A stretch of DNA of 64,000 nucleotides from a virus: the IMG/VR virus record IMGVR_UViG_3300022074_000002; one strand, 5' to 3'. Position numbers and translations under genes: made by a program. Below, piece by piece: positions 58,018 to 64,000 of the stretch (within the stretch, counting starts at the first letter, position 1; every line of letters begins with the position of its first letter). The notes under the pieces are model-generated. The model was given only the letters and a program-made list of their open reading frames with translations. It did no database searches and had not been told where the DNA came from.

Positions 58018-58856
58018 AAACAAAGAGTTTAAAGTCATATAAAACACCACTAAGATATCCTGGTGGTAAGTCTAGAGCATTGAGTAAACTGTTTCAGTTT
58101 ATTCCTGATCTAAAAGACTATACAGAATTTCGTGAACCATTTTTAGGCGGTGGTTCTGTAGCAATAGAGATAGGTAAAAGGTATCCACACATAGACATAT
58201 GGGTCAATGATCTATATGAACCATTGTATAATTTCTGGAAAGTATTGCAATCAGATGGTCAGAAACTTAGAGACATATTGATACAACTCAAACAAAGACA
58301 CTCAGATCCATCGTCTGCTAAACAATTATTTTTAGATGCTAAAGATTACCTAGCAAAACCAGTAGGAAATAAAATTGATCGTGCTGTATCATTCTATGTT
58401 GTAAACAAATGTTCTTTCAGTGGATTGACAGAGAGTAGTGCATTTTCTAAACAAGCATCGGAAAGTAATTTTTCAATGAATGGTATTGAAAAACTCCCAG
58501 AGTATTCTTTGATGATTAAGAAATGGAAGATAACTAATCTATCATATGAACAGATGTTATCTGATAAAGAAGGAACTTACATATACTTAGATCCACCATA
58601 TGAAATTAAATCTAATTTGTATGGTAGAAAAGGGGATATGCATAAAGGATTTAACCATGATGAGTTTGCAACTATATGCGACAAGTCTACATCTCCTATG
58701 TTAATATCATATAACTCATCACAGTTAATTAGAGATAGGTTTGATGGGTGGACAGTTGCAGAATTTGCACACACTTACACCATGAGGTCTACAGGATGCT
58801 ATAATAAAGAACAAGCATCCAGAAAAGAATTAGTTTTATTTAATTATGAAATGTGA
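58014..58856 (+). CDS. dam: DNA adenine methyltransferase (Dam / D12 class)
   Basis: PLRYPGGKS, EPFLGGGSV, WVND, YLDPPY. Confidence 0.9.
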   Translation: MKTKSLKSYKTPLRYPGGKSRALSKLFQFIPDLKDYTEFREPFLGGGSVAIEIGKRYPHIDIWVNDLYEPLYNFWKVLQSDGQKLRDILIQLKQRHSDPSSAKQLFLDAKDYLAKPVGNKIDRAVSFYVVNKCSFSGLTESSAFSKQASESNFSMNGIEKLPEYSLMIKKWKITNLSYEQMLSDKEGTYIYLDPPYEIKSNLYGRKGDMHKGFNHDEFATICDKSTSPMLISYNSSQLIRDRFDGWTVAEFAHTYTMRSTGCYNKEQASRKELVLFNYEM

Positions 58857-58983
58857 AGTAACCTTATACAAAGCAGGAACTGTCTTCAAAGAAGAAGTGA
58901 TTGCTAAAGACTATCAAGACGCACGTCAAGTTGCTCTTGCTAGAAACCCTAACGCTAGAGTTGTTGGGGTAAATGCTAAGTAA
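58846..58983 (+). CDS. Small hypothetical protein (45 aa)
   Basis: Hand-translated MKCEVTLYKAGTVFKEEVIAKDYQDARQVALARNPNARVVGVNAK. Confidence 0.55.
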   Translation: MKCEVTLYKAGTVFKEEVIAKDYQDARQVALARNPNARVVGVNAK

Positions 58984-59203
58984 ATTTTGGAAGATATGGA
59001 AGTATGCACTAGGATCATTTAACGACGAGACAACTAAAAGATATGATGATATAATATGCATTATCAGATCCTTTATCTTCATACAGTTAGTAATTACTAA
59101 CTGTTTTATTATTGCAGGAAATATACGACACTGGAACGACAATGTACCAACTGAAAGACTACCTATACAGCATCAACCAATCAAAGAAAAACATATTAGT
59201 TGA
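58973..59203 (+). CDS. Small membrane protein
   Basis: WKIWKYALGSF.D...IRS...VITN.FIIAGNIRHW. Confidence 0.55.
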   Translation: MLSKFWKIWKYALGSFNDETTKRYDDIICIIRSFIFIQLVITNCFIIAGNIRHWNDNVPTERLPIQHQPIKEKHIS

Positions 59204-59531
59204 TGACATTGATGCGGAAAAGAAATATCCGACATATATTATTAACAGATGTCTAAGTTCCTTTACTGACACTGTGTTGTTTGCTAATGAGATGAACAAG
59301 AACCCTCATCTACCAAAGCGTTTGCAGTATGACTTTTATATAAATAGTGTGAAACCTAGGAAGAGATTCTCTCCTTGGGCAAAGAAAGATTCTATTGACT
59401 ATCTTGAGATCGTAAAAGAGTATTATGGTTATAATGACGATAAGGCACTCCAAGCACTCAGAATTCTCACCAAGAATCAACTAGATTATATCAAAAAAGC
59501 ATTAAGCAAAGGTGGCAAACATGAACGGTGA
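59142..59531 (+). CDS. g62: Clamp loader small subunit gp62
   Basis: Start MYQLKDYL.SIN; YIINRCLS, QYDFYINS..PRKRFSPWAKK, VKEYYGYN..KA..AL. Confidence 0.92.
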   Translation: MYQLKDYLYSINQSKKNILVDDIDAEKKYPTYIINRCLSSFTDTVLFANEMNKNPHLPKRLQYDFYINSVKPRKRFSPWAKKDSIDYLEIVKEYYGYNDDKALQALRILTKNQLDYIKKALSKGGKHER

Positions 59532-59949
59532 ACTTGAGATTCAATGGAAGCAATCTGATATGGTTGAAGTCACATTGAACGAACCAGATGATTTCTTGAA
59601 AGTTCGTGAGACATTAACACGCATAGGTGTAGCATCAAGAAAAGAGAAAAAGATATATCAATCCTGTCACATACTTCACAAACAGGGTAAGTATTATATC
59701 GTACACTTCAAAGAATTATTTGCATTAGACGGAAAGAATACTAATTTATCATTAAACGATATTCAACGCAGGAATAGAATCGTGCAATTGTTATTAGATT
59801 GGGGATTAGTAACTACCAATATTGTTAGCAAAGATAAGATATCAGATCTTGCTCCATTAAATCAAATCAAAGTATTAAGTTTCAAGGAAAAGAATGAATG
59901 GACGTTAGAATCCAAGTATAATATAGGGAGAAAGAAACAAGAACCTTAA
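59521..59949 (+). CDS. regA: Translational repressor RegA
   Basis: PDDFLKVRETLTRIGVAS, YQSCHILHKQG.YYIVHFKELFALDG, RRNRI..LL.DWGL. Confidence 0.96.
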   Translation: MNGELEIQWKQSDMVEVTLNEPDDFLKVRETLTRIGVASRKEKKIYQSCHILHKQGKYYIVHFKELFALDGKNTNLSLNDIQRRNRIVQLLLDWGLVTTNIVSKDKISDLAPLNQIKVLSFKEKNEWTLESKYNIGRKKQEP

Positions 59950-60122
59950 TGAAATATCATCTCTACGACGAACAGGAAAGACATCAAGGCAAGTTTAATT
60001 CTATTGAGGAATTAAGAACGTTCTTATGTGATAGGAAGTATGATGTCAATTGTGACAAGGACATAGGTTGTACATTTGATTACATAAAACACATTAGATG
60101 GTTCTTTGAAATAGAAGAGTAG
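59949..60122 (+). CDS. Small hypothetical protein (57 aa)
   Basis: Hand-translated MKYHLYDEQERHQGKFNSIEELR...; TAATG coupling. Confidence 0.55.
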   Translation: MKYHLYDEQERHQGKFNSIEELRTFLCDRKYDVNCDKDIGCTFDYIKHIRWFFEIEE

Positions 60123-60139
60123 AAACCGTAACGGTTTTT

Positions 60140-60164
60140 GGGGGTTTGCACACCTCCTTTTTTT
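60140..60164 (+). terminator. Rho-independent terminator (preceded by a second hairpin at 60123-60137)
   Basis: GGGGGT-TTGCAC-ACCTCC followed by T7; upstream hairpin AAACCG-TAA-CGGTTT. Confidence 0.7.
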
Positions 60165-60174
60165 GTGCTACAAT
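60146..60174 (+). promoter_or_regulatory. Sigma70-type promoter for hsp20
   Basis: TTGCAC (60146-60151), 17-bp spacer, extended -10 TGcTACAAT (60169-60174). Confidence 0.6.
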
Positions 60175-60236
60175 TATAAAATATTAATGTGATGCCGAAA
60201 GGGTCACTTAATTTACGTCGCTTTACGGAGGACACA

Positions 60237-60638
60237 ATGGTAAACTATACATGGGAGCAATTTACTCCATTCACACTAGGACTCGATGAAACATTCAGCA
60301 GACTTGAAACTTTTGCAGGAACAGGAACAAACTATCCTCCTTACAACATCTATAATGGATCTGATTCTAGAACCATATTGGAGGTGGCTCTTGCAGGATT
60401 TTCGCAAGGGGACATTTCTGTAGAAACTGAAAGGAATGTTTTAACGATCTCAGCAGACAAATCTTCTAAGGAAGAAAAGAAGTATTCATACAAAGGAATA
60501 TCTCACAAGAACTTTTCACGTAACTGGCAACTGGCGGATGATGTAGAGGTTGAATCAGTAGATTTTAAAGATGGACTTCTCACAATAAAATTGATGAAAG
60601 AACTACCAGAGAAACAAAAACGTCAGAAACATTTTTAA
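60237..60638 (+). CDS. hsp20: Small heat-shock protein (Hsp20)
   Basis: GGAGG SD before the ATG at 60237; NYPPYNI, LEVALAGF, GIS.KNF.R.WQLADDVEV....KDGLLTI. Confidence 0.95.
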   Translation: MVNYTWEQFTPFTLGLDETFSRLETFAGTGTNYPPYNIYNGSDSRTILEVALAGFSQGDISVETERNVLTISADKSSKEEKKYSYKGISHKNFSRNWQLADDVEVESVDFKDGLLTIKLMKELPEKQKRQKHF

Positions 60639-61213
60639 TGTTATATAATTTTCCTTCTAACTTTGTTTTTTATACCAAAGTTAAAGACCATGAACAATTA
60701 AAGAAAAAGTTATTACCTCAGATATATGCTAATGAATCTGGTATCACATATAAAGGTGAGTATCAAGATTCAATAACAAACTATTTTGAGGAGAACAACA
60801 TTCTTCTTGACATGGAGGAGGAAATATATCATAATGTAGTATGGGATCCATTCAACCAAATGTTGGAGGATCCCAATTTGAATATCGTTCATAGACCACA
60901 GGAATCAAAACTGCAGTCTATGTGGTATAATGTCTATCGTGATGGTAAGTGTTGGCATAAGACACATACACATCCGTCGTCTACATTCTCTGGCATATAT
61001 CTCTTACATCTAGAAGGAGAGAATGGCACAGTGTTTACTCAACTTGGACATCAATTGTTTGAGATGAACTACAACACAAAAAACAATGTAGAGGGAGAGG
61101 TGATTATATTTCCATCATCTCTACCACATAGTGTGGTGTCTTTTGGAACTCATAAGGTTTCTATTTCATTTAACATTATGTCTAGAAATGAAAAGTATGG
61201 AAATATATTTTGA
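60638..61213 (+). CDS. Putative 2OG-Fe(II) oxygenase (TIGR02466-like)
   Basis: MWYNVY...WHKTHTH..STFSGIY.L, EGEVIIFPSSLPHSV, KVSISFN. Confidence 0.8.
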   Translation: MLYNFPSNFVFYTKVKDHEQLKKKLLPQIYANESGITYKGEYQDSITNYFEENNILLDMEEEIYHNVVWDPFNQMLEDPNLNIVHRPQESKLQSMWYNVYRDGKCWHKTHTHPSSTFSGIYLLHLEGENGTVFTQLGHQLFEMNYNTKNNVEGEVIIFPSSLPHSVVSFGTHKVSISFNIMSRNEKYGNIF

Positions 61214-61238
61214 CAAATTTAATTTTAGGTGCTAGAAT
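61210..61238 (+). promoter_or_regulatory. Near-consensus sigma70-type promoter
   Basis: TTGACA (61210-61215), 17-bp spacer, extended -10 TGcTAGAAT (61233-61238). Confidence 0.65.
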
Positions 61239-61571
61239 ATGGCTGTATCTGTTGTCACCTTTAAAACAGGTGATCGTGTTATTACAGAATTAAAAGAGAT
61301 CTTTGATGAAGAAGGAGACAACAAAAAAGGAGTCTGTCTTCTCATGGAAGAACCATATATTTTAACTCTTGATGGTAGCACACCACAGTATCTTACTGAA
61401 CAATCTGGTATGGAATATCAGGTAAGGTTTAGTAAATGGAATCCTTACTCTCCCGATTGGCAGTTTAAGATTCCGTATGATTGTGTTATGACAATCAGTA
61501 GTCCAGAAAAAGGATTACAAGATGCTTATGAAAAGAAACTTCAAGAAAAAAAGGAACTAACAAATGAATGA
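61239..61571 (+). CDS. Conserved hypothetical (Sm-like) protein
   Basis: 'VVTFKTGDRVITELKE' pattern, in the usual position between hsp20 and g43. Confidence 0.6.
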   Translation: MAVSVVTFKTGDRVITELKEIFDEEGDNKKGVCLLMEEPYILTLDGSTPQYLTEQSGMEYQVRFSKWNPYSPDWQFKIPYDCVMTISSPEKGLQDAYEKKLQEKKELTNE

Positions 61572-61944
61572 AGAATTGATTACTAATCATAATATGAGAA
61601 TCGTTAGTCTTACAACCTCAGAACGTGTTCTGTGTTTGTTTGGTGAGATTAAAGGTGATGATGATAAGGTAGCAGGGTATAGAATGGTGTATCCATATCT
61701 ACTTACTCTTGGAGAACTAAATGAGGATGGAACTATTCCTATTAACTATTCTAGATGGTGTCCATATTCTCCTATTGAAGATCATAGAATTAGTGGTGAG
61801 CATATTATTAGTGTCGTATATCCTGATAATAATATTGTCAAGAATTATGCTGACAGACTAAAAGAGATTGGTCTAAAGGATGAACAAATTTTCTACGAGG
61901 TAAAGGAAGATGGAGATAGCAGCGAATCTACTGCGACTGAGTAA
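61564..61944 (+). CDS. Conserved hypothetical (Sm-like) protein
   Basis: 'IVSLTTSERVLC' pattern; likely paralogous to its neighbours. Confidence 0.6.
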   Translation: MNEELITNHNMRIVSLTTSERVLCLFGEIKGDDDKVAGYRMVYPYLLTLGELNEDGTIPINYSRWCPYSPIEDHRISGEHIISVVYPDNNIVKNYADRLKEIGLKDEQIFYEVKEDGDSSESTATE

Positions 61945-62167
61945 TGAATGGATAGTTGCCCAAGTTGATGAAGTAGAAGGTGAGACACTACCTGGTGATC
62001 CTGACTGTGTACTTCGTCAACCTTTTATGGTAGACTATGAAGGTAACCTAAGTCAGTGGCCTAAGAACTCTGATGATCGTGAGGTAGTAGTCAGGTCAAC
62101 TGACATTACTACCATTGTAAGTCCTAGTAAGGATCTACTTGCAAACTATATTAAATCCCTTGAATGA
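61910..62167 (+). CDS. Conserved hypothetical protein
   Basis: 85-aa ORF with an ATGA overlap onto g43. Confidence 0.6.
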   Translation: MEIAANLLRLSNEWIVAQVDEVEGETLPGDPDCVLRQPFMVDYEGNLSQWPKNSDDREVVVRSTDITTIVSPSKDLLANYIKSLE

Positions 62168-64000
62168 AGTTTTACACAAGTGTTGAACAAGCAGGAAATC
62201 GTCTCCTCGTAAGAGGATACAATAATGGTGACAGATACAGCGTTCGGGTTCCTTTTAACCCAACGCTTTTTTTGCCCACAAAAAACTTTTCCAAATGGAA
62301 AACACTAGAAGGAGAATGTGTAGAACCACATAAGTTTGGTTCTATATCAGAAGCAAGAGAGTTTGTAAAACAATACAAAGAAATTCCTGACTTTGACATT
62401 TATGGGAATACAAGATTTTTATATCAGTACATCGCAGAACAACATCCAGAAGAAGAACTAAAGTTTGATAGTAGTAAGATTCGTATATTCAATATTGATA
62501 TTGAGACTGCTGCTGAGAATGGATTTCCAGACATAGAATCTGCTGATCAAGAGATACTTGCTATCTCTATCAAAGATAGTTTCTCTGGTAGAATTACTGT
62601 GTTTGGTGCAAGACCATACGATAACAAAGATCCTATGGTTGATTACATGCACTTTAGATCGGAAGAAAGTATGATGAATGCTTTCTTAGATTACTGGCAA
62701 GCAAATTATCCTGATGTAATTACAGGATGGAACGTGCAGTTGTTTGATATGCCATACATCTGTAATCGTATTGAACGTATACTAGGTGAGAAGTTTGTAA
62801 AATTATTATCACCATGGAGATTGGTATCACAACGTGAGATCTTCATCAAAGGTCGTAAACAATTTGCGGTTGATACACTTGGTATATCTACACTTGATTA
62901 CTTAGAACTATACAAGAAGTTTACTTATTCTAATCAGGAATCATATCGTCTTGACTACATCTGTAATGTAGAACTAGGAGAAAAGAAACTAGATCACTCT
63001 GAGTTTGATACATTCAAAGAGTTCTATGAGAACGACTGGCAAAAGTTTATTGATTACAACATCCATGACGTTCGTTTAGTTGATAAACTAGAAGACAAGA
63101 TGAAATTGATTGAACTCGCATACACTATGGCATATGATGCCAAGGTAAACTATGAAGATGTATTCAGTCAGGTTCGTATGTGGGACAACTACATCTACAA
63201 TGAGTTAAACAAACGTAGGATTGCCATACCCCCTAAGAAAGAAGCAACAAAGAATGAGAAATACGCAGGAGCATATGTTAAAGAACCGAAACCAGGATTC
63301 TATGATTGGGTTGTGTCTTTCGATCTCAACTCTCTGTATCCTCATCTTATTATGCAGTACAATATCTCCCCAGAGACACTCAGGGAAAGCAGACATCCCA
63401 GTGCGAGCGTTGAGGGGATTCTAAATCAAAAGGTAGAGATTGATAAACAGTTTGCTACATGTGCTAATGGTGCACAGTATCGTAAAGACGTGCATGGTTT
63501 CTTACCAGAGATGATGAAAAAGATGTATGACTCTAGAGTCATCTTCAAAAAGAGAATGATTAAAGCAAAGCAACAGTATGAAAAAACTCCTACTGTTGAA
63601 CTTACAAAAGAGATTGCTCGCTGTAATAATATACAAATGGCAAAGAAGATTTCTCTCAACTCTGCCTATGGTGCTATTGGCAACGAACACTTTAGATACT
63701 ATAAGACAGCAAATGCAGAAGCAATTACACTGTCAGGACAGGTTTCTATCCGTTGGATAGAGAACAAAATGAACAGATACCTAAATAAACTACTCTCTAC
63801 AGAAAAGGTAGATTATGTCATCGCATCTGACACCGACTCAATATATCTTAATCTTGGACCTCTTGTTGATAAATTTTTTGCTGCTAAGTCTAGCGACAAA
63901 ACAGCAGTTGTTTCCTTACTTGACAAGATATGTCAAGAAAAATTGGAACCATTTATCGAGAAGAGTTATCAGGAGTTGGCGTCGTACGTTTCAGCGTACG
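62164..64000 (+). CDS. g43: Family B DNA polymerase gp43, 3'-partial
   Basis: Hand-translated open frame from the ATG at 62164 (MKFYTSVEQAGN) to the window end: ExoI DIET, ExoII TGWN...FDMPY, ExoIII YNIHDV, motif A SFDLNSLYP, motif B KISLNSAYG, motif C SDTDS. Missing from the ORF track because it has no stop inside the window. Confidence 0.97.
   Translation, partial: MKFYTSVEQAGNRLLVRGYNNGDRYSVRVPFNPTLFLPTKNFSKWKTLEGECVEPHKFGSISEAREFVKQYKEIPDFDIYGNTRFLYQYIAEQHPEEELKFDSSKIRIFNIDIETAAENGFPDIESADQEILAISIKDSFSGRITVFGARPYDNKDPMVDYMHFRSEESMMNAFLDYWQANYPDVITGWNVQLFDMPYICNRIERILGEKFVKLLSPWRLVSQREIFIKGRKQFAVDTLGISTLDYLELYKKFTYSNQESYRLDYICNVELGEKKLDHSEFDTFKEFYENDWQKFIDYNIHDVRLVDKLEDKMKLIELAYTMAYDAKVNYEDVFSQVRMWDNYIYNELNKRRIAIPPKKEATKNEKYAGAYVKEPKPGFYDWVVSFDLNSLYPHLIMQYNISPETLRESRHPSASVEGILNQKVEIDKQFATCANGAQYRKDVHGFLPEMMKKMYDSRVIFKKRMIKAKQQYEKTPTVELTKEIARCNNIQMAKKISLNSAYGAIGNEHFRYYKTANAEAITLSGQVSIRWIENKMNRYLNKLLSTEKVDYVIASDTDSIYLNLGPLVDKFFAAKSSDKTAVVSLLDKICQEKLEPFIEKSYQELASYVSAY

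Noticed and set aside
62164-64000. Intron or intein in g43 (also considered for g17, g46, uvsW, g23)
   Set aside because: The reading frames are continuous and motif spacing and protein sizes match uninterrupted T4-like proteins.
1-64000. tRNA, rRNA or tmRNA genes
   Set aside because: No T-loop/CCA cloverleaf signature was seen by eye in the short intergenic gaps; a tRNAscan-SE or ARAGORN run would be needed to exclude them formally.
1-64000. Stop-codon reassignment or programmed frameshifting
   Set aside because: All core genes are full length under the standard code, and no split gene needing a frameshift was found.

Overview
A 64-kb segment of a T4-like marine cyanomyovirus genome, AT-rich and with every credible gene on the + strand. 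A Prochlorococcus-type host is inferred from ho1 and cyanobacterial-type DUF genes. Left to right: (1) 1-20.4 kb holds giant modular virion/tail-fibre proteins (a >1700-aa protein running off the left edge and a 3471-aa fibre), a glycine-rich adhesin-like protein, and fibre/chaperone pairs. (2) 20.4-26.1 kb is an accessory enzyme island: a U32-family (Fe-S hydroxylase-type) domain fused to a SAM methyltransferase, followed by seven translationally coupled 2OG-Fe(II) oxygenase-like genes. (3) 26.1-43.4 kb is the T4 core neck/terminase/tail/head module (g13-g23, g3), with a variable g16-g17 interval carrying heme oxygenase ho1, an SNase-like nuclease and a candidate capsid-targeted internal protein. 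(4) 43.4-64 kb is the replication/recombination/transcription module (uvsY, uvsW, g55, g47, g46, cobT/cobS-like pair, g45, g44, an EndoVII-like nuclease, dam, g62, regA, hsp20, and g43 running off the right edge). I found no tRNA, rRNA, CRISPR array, intron or intein. The most notable observations are the U32-methyltransferase/oxygenase late operon, a nested ('matryoshka') repeat architecture in the giant fibre, cupredoxin-like Cu sites in a virion protein, and several unusual promoter arrangements. All family assignments come from motif recognition by eye; no database searches were run.
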